Of a stretch of DNA of 37,261 bases, positions 19,008-27,461 are shown in pieces. The position numbers were made by a program, and so were the translations under genes. Source of the stretch: a virus (Duplodnaviria > Caudoviricetes); IMG/VR virus record IMGVR_UViG_3300028416_000038, positions 1-37,261 of that record. The stretch is one strand, 5' to 3'. Numbering within the stretch: the first letter of the stretch is position 1; each line of letters begins with the position of its first letter. The notes under the pieces are model-generated. The model was given only the letters and a program-made list of their open reading frames with translations, did no database searches and was not told the DNA's origin.

Positions 19008-19287
19008 TTTAGACGGAGACGGTAAAGCAGACGTATCGATTAGCGTTACGCAAATAGTAACTTTATTAGCTATGTTTGCTTCTATAGTAGGATCTTATTA
19101 TACTTTAAGTGGTAAGATAGAGGCTAACCAAGTAGGAATTAAAAAGCTAAAAGAAAACGAGCAAAAGTATACATGGCCTAACCAAAGAAAAACTGAGGAA
19201 GAGGTAAAAGCCCTAGAGTCTGAAATGAGGGCTTTCATGAAAGATATAGAATACCTAAGAAGAGATATAGATAATAAAAAAAGATAA
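18994..19287 (+). CDS. Membrane-anchored coiled-coil protein (i-spanin/antiholin-like candidate)
   Basis: 97 aa with an N-terminal DLDGDG, one TM segment and a C-terminal coiled coil. Confidence 0.6.
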   Translation: MAKIDLDGDGKADVSISVTQIVTLLAMFASIVGSYYTLSGKIEANQVGIKKLKENEQKYTWPNQRKTEEEVKALESEMRAFMKDIEYLRRDIDNKKR

Positions 19288-19289
19288 AT

Positions 19290-19457
19290 ATGAATACTTT
19301 AATAATTATAATTACTATTTTAATGTTTGCTACCGCTATAATGATGGGGTTAACTGTTTACGGATTATTTACTGATAAAGACAAGGATGGTATTCCTGAT
19401 GCTTTAGAAGATAAATTTAAAGAACTAAAAGAAGAAATTAGTAAACTAAAAAAATGA
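19290..19457 (+). CDS. Small membrane protein (55 aa) with DKDKDGIPD motif, not in the ORF track
   Basis: MNTLIIIITILMFATAIMMGLTVYGLFTDKDKDGIPDALEDKFKELKEEISKLKK*. Stop overlaps the endolysin ATG (ATGA). Confidence 0.7.
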   Translation: MNTLIIIITILMFATAIMMGLTVYGLFTDKDKDGIPDALEDKFKELKEEISKLKK

Positions 19458-19834
19458 GGTATTTTACTCTTAGCGAGTTCGACTGCCCTTCTCTTTTGGA
19501 GTCGGGAATTAACATGGACAGAGCCTTCCTCGATAAACTTGAAGAGGCTAGAGAGTACGCGGGGATCCCTTTTAAAATTACCAGCGGATATAGAACTAAG
19601 AAGCATAACGAGGAGCTTAGAAAAAAAGGATATAAGGCCTCTGCTAATAGTTCGCACCTTATCGGAAAGGCCGCAGATATCGCAGTCGGAAGCGGAGCAG
19701 AAAGATACATTATCCTTAACGCTCTTATCAAATCAGGATTTAAACGTATTGGAATCGCTAAGACCTTTATCCATGCAGATACGGACTCTATCGATCAAGG
19801 AGGTAATAAACCTAACTCCGTCTGGACTTACTAA
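19454..19834 (+). CDS. Endolysin, peptidase M15A family
   Basis: F...EF.C, ITSGYR...HN, SSH..G.AADI and FIH.D Zn-peptidase motifs. Confidence 0.9.
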   Translation: MRYFTLSEFDCPSLLESGINMDRAFLDKLEEAREYAGIPFKITSGYRTKKHNEELRKKGYKASANSSHLIGKAADIAVGSGAERYIILNALIKSGFKRIGIAKTFIHADTDSIDQGGNKPNSVWTY

Positions 19835-19888
19835 TACTGTAGGTAGTACGATAAACCATACAAAAAGTATAAATTAAAGGATAATTGA

Positions 19889-20074
19889 ATGAGTAAAGAC
19901 GCAATTAGCGTAAAGTCTAACGGCTTAAGAAACGAATTAAAAGAGATACGCAAAAGTATCGACAAACTAACGGAAGTTTTACTTCTACAAACTAACAAAC
20001 ATGCGAATAACACTAATAATACTTGTAACGACTCTAGTGGGTTGTGCAAGTGCCAGAAACAAGAGACTAGCTGA
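19889..20074 (+). CDS. Hypothetical protein (61 aa)
   Basis: Coiled-coil N-terminal half; the 3' end overlaps a lipoprotein ORF. Confidence 0.5.
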   Translation: MSKDAISVKSNGLRNELKEIRKSIDKLTEVLLLQTNKHANNTNNTCNDSSGLCKCQKQETS

Positions 20075-20162
20075 ATATAAAAAAATTACTAAAGATATCT
20101 GCGTAGATAACCATCACGAAGTTAAGTTAGCTCAGATACTTTATAATAAGATGCTTAAATAA
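20001..20162 (+). CDS. Lipoprotein, o-spanin candidate (53 aa), not in the ORF track
   Basis: MRITLIILVTTLVG-CASARNKRL... has a basic N-terminus, hydrophobic core and lipobox LVG/C at residue 15. Stop overlaps the holin ATG (TAATG). Confidence 0.7.
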   Translation: MRITLIILVTTLVGCASARNKRLAEYKKITKDICVDNHHEVKLAQILYNKMLK

Positions 20163-20536
20163 TGTTAAAACTACTTTTAGGACTTTTAAAAGGAGGAGAC
20201 GGTAGAAAGTCGGTAGCTGGTAATTTAGCTTGGGAGATAAGAGAAGCTATAAAAGGAAAAGAGTTAGATCCTAACGAACTACTAGAGATTCAAACTAAAA
20301 TAAACGAAATAGAAGCTAATCACCGCACAGTTTTTGTAGCGGGCTGGAGGCCATTTATAGGCTGGGTATGCGGGGTAGCTTTTGCGTTTCACTATATAGT
20401 AATGCCCTTACTTTTAGCTTATACTGATATAAAGCCAGTAGAATTTGATACTAATAGCTTATTTACCGTACTAATGGGTATGCTAGGACTAGGAGGTCTA
20501 AGAACTTACGAGAAGCTTAAAGGTAAGTCTAGTTAG
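20162..20536 (+). CDS. Holin, GTA 3TM-holin-like family
   Basis: FVAGWRPFIGWVCG and MLGLGGLRTYEK signature motifs. Confidence 0.85.
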   Translation: MLKLLLGLLKGGDGRKSVAGNLAWEIREAIKGKELDPNELLEIQTKINEIEANHRTVFVAGWRPFIGWVCGVAFAFHYIVMPLLLAYTDIKPVEFDTNSLFTVLMGMLGLGGLRTYEKLKGKSS

Positions 20537-20538
20537 TA

Positions 20539-20667
20539 ATGAAGAAATTAGTTATTAACTACGAAAAGAATAAGGTCCGTAGAAAGGGAATCCATAGTAA
20601 ATCTAAATCTTCCGCCTTAAAATCCTCTAAGAATTATAAGAAAAAATATAGAGGGCAGGGTAGGTAA
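20539..20667 (+). CDS. Small highly basic peptide ending KKYRGQGR (42 aa), not in the ORF track
   Basis: MKKLVINYEKNKVRRKGIHSKSKSSALKSSKNYKKKYRGQGR*. I recognise the YRGQG C-terminus from small phage proteins. Confidence 0.7.
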   Translation: MKKLVINYEKNKVRRKGIHSKSKSSALKSSKNYKKKYRGQGR

Positions 20668-20706
20668 TGTTAAAAACTTAATTTAGTAACTAATTAAAAA
20701 ATCCTC

Positions 20707-20714
20707 TACCTTTG
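20707..20714 (+). promoter_or_regulatory. Bacteroidota housekeeping-sigma -7 box (TACCTTTG), early promoter
   Basis: Exact TAnnTTTG match in the AT-rich gap at the late-to-early boundary, 44 nt before ATG 20759. Confidence 0.65.
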
Positions 20715-20758
20715 GTGGGTGGAGGCTAATTATATATTAACCTTTAATAATTAAATAA

Positions 20759-21001
20759 ATGAGTGAAGATATGACTATTAGAAAATTAGCTGAGAAAATA
20801 GCTAAAGACTTTCAACTATCGGTAAAAGAACGTACAGACGCTATACTAGAACTAGACGCTATAAGCTATACTAACTTAGGTATAGATTCTACTAAAACCG
20901 AAAAGACTAAAGTAAAAAATGATAGTAAGTATCTTTATAAGCTTTTAAAAGGATTTAACGAAGTAGACGGAAACTTACTACTAAACCACTTAGATAAATA
21001 A
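20759..21001 (+). CDS. Hypothetical protein
   Basis: 80 aa ORF with an A-rich leader; first gene after the early promoter. Confidence 0.75.
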   Translation: MSEDMTIRKLAEKIAKDFQLSVKERTDAILELDAISYTNLGIDSTKTEKTKVKNDSKYLYKLLKGFNEVDGNLLLNHLDK

Positions 21002-21019
21002 TTGCTTAAACGTAAAACG

Positions 21020-21418
21020 ATGCCTAAGACTTCTAAAAAACCTACTAGAAGTAAACTAGTTAAAAAACTAGACGTAGTATTTTCTAAATATATAAGATTA
21101 AGTAATGCAGATAGTAGAGGTTTTTGTACTTGCGTTACATGCGGTAAAAAGGGATACTGGGAGAAGGATATTATAGACGCGGGCCATTTTATTTCGAGAA
21201 CTGCTATGGCTACTCGCTGGGATCCTAGAAACGTAAAACCTCAATGCCGCTACTGCAATAGATTTAAAGCAGGCCGTCAATACGAGTACTCTTTATATCT
21301 TGGCGATAACTTATCTCAAGAATTACTAGATAAGAGTAGAGAAGTAACTAAATTTACTATCGACGAACTAGAAGAAATGATTACAGAGTATTCTAGTAAG
21401 TTAAAGAGTTTTCTCTAA
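21020..21418 (+). CDS. ninG: NinG/Rap-like recombination endonuclease
   Basis: KLD.VFS.YIR, C.TCG, DAGHFISR and N..PQC..CN motifs. ATG 21020 is more likely than the TTG at 21002. Confidence 0.85.
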   Translation: MPKTSKKPTRSKLVKKLDVVFSKYIRLSNADSRGFCTCVTCGKKGYWEKDIIDAGHFISRTAMATRWDPRNVKPQCRYCNRFKAGRQYEYSLYLGDNLSQELLDKSREVTKFTIDELEEMITEYSSKLKSFL

Positions 21419-21437
21419 TAATTATTTGTTTTATGCT

Positions 21438-21473
21438 AAAGGGGGTATGGTTTAATCTTTACCCCTTTTTTTT
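21438..21473 (+). terminator. Rho-independent terminator
   Basis: AAAGGGGGTA...TACCCC followed by T8. Confidence 0.75.
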
Positions 21474-21489
21474 ATTAAATTTTTTTTAC

Positions 21490-21497
21490 TAACTTAG
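21490..21497 (+). promoter_or_regulatory. Variant Bacteroidota -7 box (TAACTTAG)
   Basis: Intergenic, after a terminator and 28 nt before ATG 21526. Confidence 0.45.
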
Positions 21498-21525
21498 CAT
21501 TAAATAAATTTTAAAATAATTAATT

Positions 21526-21846
21526 ATGGACAAAACTCAAGTATTTATTATTAAGCAAAATGCTTTAACAAACGCTAACGTATTCTGGGCAAAAGACGAT
21601 TCTAAAACAGAAGATAAAGTCTTAGCTACTGCTCAGCAATTCGCAGACTGGGTTCTAGGAGGAGAATTAAAAAGCTCACTACCTAAAATACCTAAACTAC
21701 CAGAAGATCAAAAAGGCTGGTTAAACTTTAATACTCCCGATTATAATGAAGCTTTAGACTTAATTAAAAAGGGCTATACTGTACAAGATCTTAGAAACAA
21801 GTATAAAATTGGAACTAAAGTAGCTAATGAACTCGGCAAACTCTAA
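21526..21846 (+). CDS. Hypothetical protein
   Basis: 106 aa, two small helical parts joined by a Pro/Lys linker. Confidence 0.75.
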   Translation: MDKTQVFIIKQNALTNANVFWAKDDSKTEDKVLATAQQFADWVLGGELKSSLPKIPKLPEDQKGWLNFNTPDYNEALDLIKKGYTVQDLRNKYKIGTKVANELGKL

Positions 21847-21894
21847 GATCGGAAAAACTTATTTTAATTACTTAAATTATAAAATAGAAATAAC

Positions 21895-22215
21895 ATGGAA
21901 AAAAAGAATACCGCAATTATCTCGGGAAGTATCGACCTTACTGCAATCGATAAAAGCAGACTTATAAATGCTAAGAACGGAAAGACCTATCTTAATTTTA
22001 CCGCTATGGTCCAAGACGCTTCTTCTTACGGTAATAACGTTTGGGTTACTCAAACTATTTCAGAAGAAGAAAGAAAGAATAAGGTAAAAGCTATTACTTT
22101 AGGTAACGCAGCCGTTAAATGGATAGCAGAAGGAGGTATATGCTTAGCAGAGAGAAACGAGGTTACGAACCAAGAGCAAAACGCAGCTAGAGCTTCTAGC
22201 GATTTACCTTACTAA
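21895..22215 (+). CDS. Putative single-stranded DNA-binding protein
   Basis: IDL..IDKS.......K.YL, YGN, .LGN motifs and a C-terminal DLPY tail (compare the DLPF tail of SSBs). Confidence 0.6.
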   Translation: MEKKNTAIISGSIDLTAIDKSRLINAKNGKTYLNFTAMVQDASSYGNNVWVTQTISEEERKNKVKAITLGNAAVKWIAEGGICLAERNEVTNQEQNAARASSDLPY

Positions 22216-22217
22216 TT

Positions 22218-22242
22218 AAGGGGGCTTTTAGCCCCTTTTTTT
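22218..22242 (+). terminator. Rho-independent terminator
   Basis: AAGGGGGCT-TTT-AGCCCC followed by T7. Confidence 0.85.
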
Positions 22243-22255
22243 ATATATTAGATAT

Positions 22256-22405
22256 ATGAAGAAAATATTAGAAGGAGAGATGCCAGAAGATTTCTGGAAT
22301 TACTTAGTAAATCCTATTACTGGATATTATATAGAAAAAACAGATAAGAAAAACTTTTTAACTTTTAAAAAATATGCGAGAACTTCGCAGTCTATAAAAC
22401 AATGA
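22256..22405 (+). CDS. Small hypothetical protein (49 aa), not in the ORF track
   Basis: MKKILEGEMPEDFWNYLVNPITGYYIEK...; stop overlaps the helicase ATG (ATGA). TATATTAG box at 22244-22251. Confidence 0.65.
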   Translation: MKKILEGEMPEDFWNYLVNPITGYYIEKTDKKNFLTFKKYARTSQSIKQ

Positions 22406-23316
22406 TAGCAGAAACCAATAGAATTAAAAACCGAATCTTCGATATAAAGAATGGAAAAGTAGTCGAAGGTTTAAAGATAGGAGTACCCGATATAGACGAA
22501 TACTTGCGCTATAAGCAGGGTAACTTCTCCCTCTGGATAGGGCATGCTAATGTAGGAAAAAGCTCCGTAATGATATACTTTTTAGTATTGTGGGCCAGCC
22601 TACATAAATTAAAGTTCCTAATATGGTCTAGCGAAAATACTCCAGACTCTATAGTAAGAAAGATTATAGAGTTTAAAATGGGTAAGCCTATACATACCGC
22701 TAGCGAAGAAGAGATAAATAAAACTATAGAGTGGTGTAATAGTTTTTTCAAAGTAATAGACGTAGAAGATCTCTATACTTATAAAGACCTTTTAAAAGAA
22801 GCTAGAGCTATAAAAGACGTTTGGAATTACGACGGTCTACTAATAGATCCTTATAACTCTTTAAGCGTAGATACTCAAGTAATGAGGGGAATAGGTTCGC
22901 ATTTATACGATTACCAAGTAGCTTCTGAGTTTAGACTATTTGCTAAGAAAGATAATGTAACGGTATTTCTTACGGCTCATGGGGTAACTGAGGCCCTTAG
23001 AAAAATATACCCAAAAGAACATGAGTACGCTGGATTACCTCAGCCTCTAGGATTAGCTTCTGTAGAAGGAGGGGGTAAGTGGGGTAATAGAGCAGACGAC
23101 GTAGTATGCTGCCATAGAATGACTAACCACCCGACCGACTGGATGTACTCGGAGCTTCATGTTTTAAAAATAAAGGAGACAGAAACTGGCGGTAGATGCA
23201 CCCCGTACCAAGAGCCGATTCGTATGCGTATGGTTAAGAATAACGTAGGCTTTGAATTTATGGGGCAGGATATACTACATAGTAAAAAATCTAATATAGA
23301 AGAAGTTTTATTTTGA
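22402..23316 (+). CDS. DnaB-like (SF4) replicative helicase, no primase domain
   Basis: Walker A GHANVGKS, SSEN, Walker B LLIDPYN, L.AH, AD.V...HR and K.K motifs. Confidence 0.85.
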   Translation: MIAETNRIKNRIFDIKNGKVVEGLKIGVPDIDEYLRYKQGNFSLWIGHANVGKSSVMIYFLVLWASLHKLKFLIWSSENTPDSIVRKIIEFKMGKPIHTASEEEINKTIEWCNSFFKVIDVEDLYTYKDLLKEARAIKDVWNYDGLLIDPYNSLSVDTQVMRGIGSHLYDYQVASEFRLFAKKDNVTVFLTAHGVTEALRKIYPKEHEYAGLPQPLGLASVEGGGKWGNRADDVVCCHRMTNHPTDWMYSELHVLKIKETETGGRCTPYQEPIRMRMVKNNVGFEFMGQDILHSKKSNIEEVLF

Positions 23317-23522
23317 TTACGTTTTTTATCTTATTATTTGTTTTAGCTTTTACTATAGTCTATATAGGCCATATTAATAGAGCAGAGATTTCTTTTGCTC
23401 CTATATTTGGTTTTATGGTAGGTAGTCTTTACGCTTATACTGATTACGAAGAAGGCAGAGAGCATACCCTGCAAGTATGTATAATATTTTTAAGTATTAC
23501 TGTAATTTGGATAGAGACTTAG
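23313..23522 (+). CDS. Small membrane protein
   Basis: 69 aa, hydrophobic; TTG start overlapping the helicase stop. Confidence 0.6.
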   Translation: MITFFILLFVLAFTIVYIGHINRAEISFAPIFGFMVGSLYAYTDYEEGREHTLQVCIIFLSITVIWIET

Positions 23523-24085
23523 AATGGTTAAGTATAGTAGCTAAAAGGCATAAATACTGGGTTAGTATAGTTCGTAGCCTAGTAGGGGATTTATACGCTG
23601 AAGATATTACCCAAGAAGCCTATATCGCGCTATCTAAGTATAGTAATCCAGATAAGATTATAAAAGACGGTAAAGTAAGCGAGGGCTATATGTTTTTTAC
23701 TTTAAGATCTTTGGCCTACCAGTTTTATAATAAAAAGAAAAAAGTAACTATAATAAGTATAGATAAAGACGAAAACTTCTTAGAGCTACCTCATGAGGAC
23801 GATATAGAAGAAAATGAAGCTTTCCATAAGATTTGCCTAATGGTAGACGACGTAGCTAAAGACTGGCATTGGTATGATAAAAAGATATGGAAGCTATATA
23901 GCCAGACCGATATGAGTATAAGAAAGCTTGCTAGCGAAACTAAAATAAGCTGGGTAAGTATCTTTAATACTTTAAAAAACCTTAAATTAGATATTAAAAA
24001 TAAAATTAGCGAAGATTATGAAGATTTCAAACAAGGAGAGTTCGAAAGAATCGATTCCTACAGACAAGAGAACAAAGGCCTATAA
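23507..24085 (+). CDS. ECF-like RNA polymerase sigma factor
   Basis: Region-2-like AEDITQEAYI...Y.F..LRS and region-4 HTH MSIRKLASETKISWVSIFNTLK. Start is probably TTG 23507 (track gives 23477). Confidence 0.7.
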   Translation: MDRDLEWLSIVAKRHKYWVSIVRSLVGDLYAEDITQEAYIALSKYSNPDKIIKDGKVSEGYMFFTLRSLAYQFYNKKKKVTIISIDKDENFLELPHEDDIEENEAFHKICLMVDDVAKDWHWYDKKIWKLYSQTDMSIRKLASETKISWVSIFNTLKNLKLDIKNKISEDYEDFKQGEFERIDSYRQENKGL

Positions 24086-24467
24086 GGAATACGTTAAAAA
24101 GCATGCAGCTCTTTCTACGGGTCCAAATATCGGAGATAAGATAGAAAAGGTAACTAAAGCTACTGGTATAAAGAAAGTAGTAGATACTGTATTTGATGCG
24201 TTAGGTAAAGACTGCGGCTGCGAGGCTAGAAAAGAAAAACTAAACGAACTTTTTAGAGGAAGAAAGCCAGAGTGCTTTACGGAGGCTGAATTTGACTTAA
24301 TGAAGATGGCCATAGATACTAGAAAGAATAAGTTTAGCGCAGAAGAGGTAAAGACTTACGCTAAGATATACGAACGTATTTTTAGAACTAAAGTAGAATG
24401 TACACAATGCTCTTTTAGAAATACAGTCTGGAATGCTTTAGTAAAAGTTTATAACGAATATTCTTAA
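24018..24467 (+). CDS. Hypothetical Cys-containing (possible Zn-binding) protein
   Basis: GD.IEK.TKATGIKK, DCGC..RKEKLN and CTQC motifs. Confidence 0.7.
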   Translation: MKISNKESSKESIPTDKRTKAYKEYVKKHAALSTGPNIGDKIEKVTKATGIKKVVDTVFDALGKDCGCEARKEKLNELFRGRKPECFTEAEFDLMKMAIDTRKNKFSAEEVKTYAKIYERIFRTKVECTQCSFRNTVWNALVKVYNEYS

Positions 24468-24468
24468 T

Positions 24469-24945
24469 ATGGTATCGGGGGCTAGATATAGATATTCTTT
24501 TAGCGAGGGTAATAAGGCAGAGGATAAATTTCTTAACCTAATGCTAGAGAGAAATAATTCCTGCATAAAATCTAGCAAAAAAGACGATATAAATAAGCAT
24601 ATAGATTTTTACGTTAATAATATAGGAGTAGACGTAAAAGGTAATAGGCATTTAGAAACTATCTGGCTAGAGTTAAAGAACGTAAGAGGAGATAAAGGCT
24701 GGCTAGAGTGCTGCGCAGAATATATAGTATTCGATATTATAGAACTTAATTCCTTCTGCTTTTTTAAGAGAATAGATTTATACGAGTACGCTAGTCAGTT
24801 TACCGAAATAGCTAAAGATAAGAAGGACTATAAAAAAAGATATACTAGAAAAGATCGTAAAGATGTTTTAATTAAAGTAACTTATAACGATATTAGGCAT
24901 TTACAAAAACAGATAATAGAATATGAGAAAAATCCAAAACCTTAA
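24469..24945 (+). CDS. PD-(D/E)XK-like nuclease
   Basis: E..F ... HIDF.....VDVK ... W.E..NV.G..GW motifs. Confidence 0.6.
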   Translation: MVSGARYRYSFSEGNKAEDKFLNLMLERNNSCIKSSKKDDINKHIDFYVNNIGVDVKGNRHLETIWLELKNVRGDKGWLECCAEYIVFDIIELNSFCFFKRIDLYEYASQFTEIAKDKKDYKKRYTRKDRKDVLIKVTYNDIRHLQKQIIEYEKNPKP

Positions 24946-25222
24946 AAGTATTCAGTTTAGTAACGACTTCGAAATAGTATCTACCAGATTACTAGACTGG
25001 AAAAAGAAAAAACCTATACCAGAATTAGACGAAATGATTTCTGCAGTAACGAGCTGGTATTCCTATACGCATGAACTAGAAACTAACGAATGGTATAGAG
25101 AAAAGATTATAGAGGAGTTTAGATCGGATAAGCTAAGGGCAATAGAACGCGCTAGAAAAGCAGAGGAGAAACTAGCTGAGGTAGAGAAAGAACTAGAAAA
25201 ATATAAAGTAACCTATGGATAG
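24923..25222 (+). CDS. Hypothetical coiled-coil protein
   Basis: 99 aa ORF overlapping both neighbours. Confidence 0.7.
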   Translation: MRKIQNLKSIQFSNDFEIVSTRLLDWKKKKPIPELDEMISAVTSWYSYTHELETNEWYREKIIEEFRSDKLRAIERARKAEEKLAEVEKELEKYKVTYG

Positions 25223-25301
25223 TTTTTTAGCTGGTTATATTGCTTTTAGGATTTTAGAATACTTTATAGTAAAAATATATTACTTTATAATAAATGAATA
25301 G
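25215..25301 (+). CDS. Small hydrophobic peptide (28 aa), not in the ORF track
   Basis: MDSFLAGYIAFRILEYFIVKIYYFIINE*. Bridges the gap with short overlaps on both sides. Confidence 0.5.
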   Translation: MDSFLAGYIAFRILEYFIVKIYYFIINE

Positions 25302-25545
25302 CTACATGGATAACTTAAAAGGTTACGTTACTGATTCTACTACTGGTTTAGTATACGAAGCAAAGAAAGACGGGATAGTAGAAAAAGTTAAGAACTTACT
25401 AGACTCCAGATCTCAGAAAGGAATAAAAGAATACGGCACTACTCTAGAAGATAATCCAGACGGATTCTATAGATGGGTAAACGAACTTCAACAAGAGCTT
25501 TTAGACGCTGCTTTATATTTAGAAAAGATTAAAAATTTAAAATGA
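25294..25545 (+). CDS. Hypothetical protein, possibly MazG-like NTP pyrophosphohydrolase fold
   Basis: RS..GI..YGTTL and W..ELQQELLDAALY helical acidic motif. Confidence 0.5.
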   Translation: MNSYMDNLKGYVTDSTTGLVYEAKKDGIVEKVKNLLDSRSQKGIKEYGTTLEDNPDGFYRWVNELQQELLDAALYLEKIKNLK

Positions 25546-25679
25546 AAGAGATTAAATTAATTAAAATGCGAAACGATTTAAAGCTTACTCAAGAGGCTTT
25601 AGCAGTAGCTCTTTATAGGATAGAACAATTAGAAAAAAAAGTTTTTCCTAAAGAAAAAGAAAAAAATAATAATAGTTAA
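25542..25679 (+). CDS. Small hypothetical protein (45 aa), not in the ORF track
   Basis: MKEIKLIKMRNDLKLTQEALAVALYRIEQLEKKVFPKEKEKNNNS*; ATGA coupling with the upstream gene. Confidence 0.6.
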   Translation: MKEIKLIKMRNDLKLTQEALAVALYRIEQLEKKVFPKEKEKNNNS

Positions 25680-25699
25680 TAAAATGTTTACTATATTAG
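25676..25699 (+). promoter_or_regulatory. Putative early promoter TTAATAAAATGTTTA-C-TATATTAG
   Basis: 15-mer identical to 29563-29577, followed by a -7-like box. Confidence 0.55.
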
Positions 25700-25723
25700 C
25701 GTATAACTTTAAAACGAATAATT

Positions 25724-25870
25724 ATGTTTCCAACGTATTACGAAACCATGACTAACGAGCAACTCTTAGAAGATGCTACTAACGAAAGCCTTTTAGATTA
25801 CTATAGAAAGGAATGTAAGGCGGTTTTATTATCTAGACTAGAATCCCAAAAAGAAATTATAGAGCTATGA
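25724..25870 (+). CDS. Small hypothetical protein (48 aa), not in the ORF track
   Basis: MFPTYYETMTNEQLLEDATNESLLDYYRKECKAVLLSRLESQKEIIEL*; ATGA coupling to the exonuclease. Confidence 0.65.
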   Translation: MFPTYYETMTNEQLLEDATNESLLDYYRKECKAVLLSRLESQKEIIEL

Positions 25871-26628
25871 TAACCTTACTAAATAACGAGAACTATTCAA
25901 GAGAAGAGATATTAGCCATGATGGGGAGCGATGAATTTTATTACGGCCACTTGGGTAAACATGCTTTAAGTAGTAGCTCTCTAAAAACTTTACTTAAATC
26001 TCCTAAAACTTATAGGAACGTAATTAAGTACGGATCTGGAGATAGTCCAGCTCTTAGATTAGGAAAGCTTTTGCATTGGGCAGTATTAGAACCGCACAAA
26101 ATGGATGCCTTAAAAGTGGTAGACGCTACGACTAAGAACACTAAGATATATAAAGAAGCTCTAGCGGAGCATGGAGAAGTATACCTAAGAAAAGAAATAA
26201 GCGAAAGCGAAAGACTAGCAGACGCTCTATTAAGAAACGAAGAGGTATTAAGATTACTAAGTAAGTCTGAGTTCGAAGTACCAGAGGTAGCTATGATAGA
26301 AGGGTTACCCTTTAGAGCTAAGGCAGATATCCTTAGGGACGATATGATATGCGATATCAAAAGCTCAGCCGACCTAGCTACCTTCCGTTTTTCAGCTTCT
26401 AAATACGGTTACGATCTACAAGCTTATTTATATTTAAAGATGTTCAATCGTAAGAAATGTACTTTTATAGTAGTAGATAAATCTTCTACTGACGTAGGTA
26501 TATTTGAAACGAGCGACGAATTTATAGAAGCAGGACGCGCTAAATTTATACAAGCCGTAGGAATATATAAATACTTTTTTAGAGAGGAGAACGATATAGA
26601 CCAATACGTCTTAAGAGGAATATTATAA
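25867..26628 (+). CDS. RecE/exonuclease VIII-like PD-(D/E)XK exonuclease
   Basis: LSSS.LK.L..SP, G...H..VLEP, E......FRAKAD, DIK and Y.YDLQA..Y motifs. Confidence 0.85.
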   Translation: MITLLNNENYSREEILAMMGSDEFYYGHLGKHALSSSSLKTLLKSPKTYRNVIKYGSGDSPALRLGKLLHWAVLEPHKMDALKVVDATTKNTKIYKEALAEHGEVYLRKEISESERLADALLRNEEVLRLLSKSEFEVPEVAMIEGLPFRAKADILRDDMICDIKSSADLATFRFSASKYGYDLQAYLYLKMFNRKKCTFIVVDKSSTDVGIFETSDEFIEAGRAKFIQAVGIYKYFFREENDIDQYVLRGIL

Positions 26629-26692
26629 CGGGATAGCCGAAAACCGAATAGAGTAGGCGTTATTTAAAAAAGGGGTTAAGAGCCTCATTATT

Positions 26693-27448
26693 ATGTTTAA
26701 TATAGCTAAAGTGGAAACACTTAAAACTTCGTCTATTAATTTTATAGACGGTAACCGAGAAGTAAGCGAAAGCCATGTTCAAAAAATGTATAATCTAATT
26801 ACAGAGAACGGATTCGCAGATACTATTAAAGTAGTCAAAATTGATAATAAATTCTACGCGGTCGAGGGTCAGCATAGAATAGAAGCTATTAAACTACATG
26901 GAATAAAAGAAGTTCCTTGTAGTGTTATTGACTGGCTTAATGGAGATTTTGAAGAGATACAACAATATATAATTGATTTAAACGCTCACAATAAATCATG
27001 GTCTTTATACGATTACGTTAAGTCTTGGGCGGATAAAAAAAATAATAATTATATACATTTGAGAAACCAAATGATTTCTTATCAAAAAACTTTATCTAAT
27101 GGCGTAGTGGCTTCATGTTACGACGGAATAAGCAGATCCCATAAAAATTTAAAAAAAGGATCTTTTAACTATATAGATAAGAAATTTTCAGACGATATGG
27201 TCGATTTATTTTCTCAGCTAGTAATTAAATGGGGAAGAAAAAAATTAGGTTCTCCAGCCTTAAGATTAGCTGCAGTTTTAATTATAAAAGAAAAAACTAC
27301 AGAAGATAGATATAAAATGCTAAAAGCGTTTCAAATATCAGTTTTAAATCACTTAACAACTAGTCAAGAGCCAATCCCCGACGGAGACGAAAGCTTTATC
27401 TATTGGTTTAATAATGTAGTAGTAGAGCTTAATAATACTTTAAATTAA
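26693..27448 (+). CDS. ParB/Srx N-terminal-domain protein
   Basis: NR.V...HV..M...I...GF...I.V........EGQHR..A motif. Confidence 0.75.
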   Translation: MFNIAKVETLKTSSINFIDGNREVSESHVQKMYNLITENGFADTIKVVKIDNKFYAVEGQHRIEAIKLHGIKEVPCSVIDWLNGDFEEIQQYIIDLNAHNKSWSLYDYVKSWADKKNNNYIHLRNQMISYQKTLSNGVVASCYDGISRSHKNLKKGSFNYIDKKFSDDMVDLFSQLVIKWGRKKLGSPALRLAAVLIIKEKTTEDRYKMLKAFQISVLNHLTTSQEPIPDGDESFIYWFNNVVVELNNTLN

Positions 27449-27461
27449 TTATATTTAATTA

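Noticed and set aside
19539-19877. 112-aa + strand ORF overlapping the endolysin as a possible embedded spanin
   Set aside because: No signal peptide, lipobox or TM segment; it is an alternative-frame shadow of the M15 peptidase.
20668-20758. Replication origin or attP in the AT-rich late/early gap
   Set aside because: No iterons, DnaA boxes or integrase were seen; only a promoter box is supportable.
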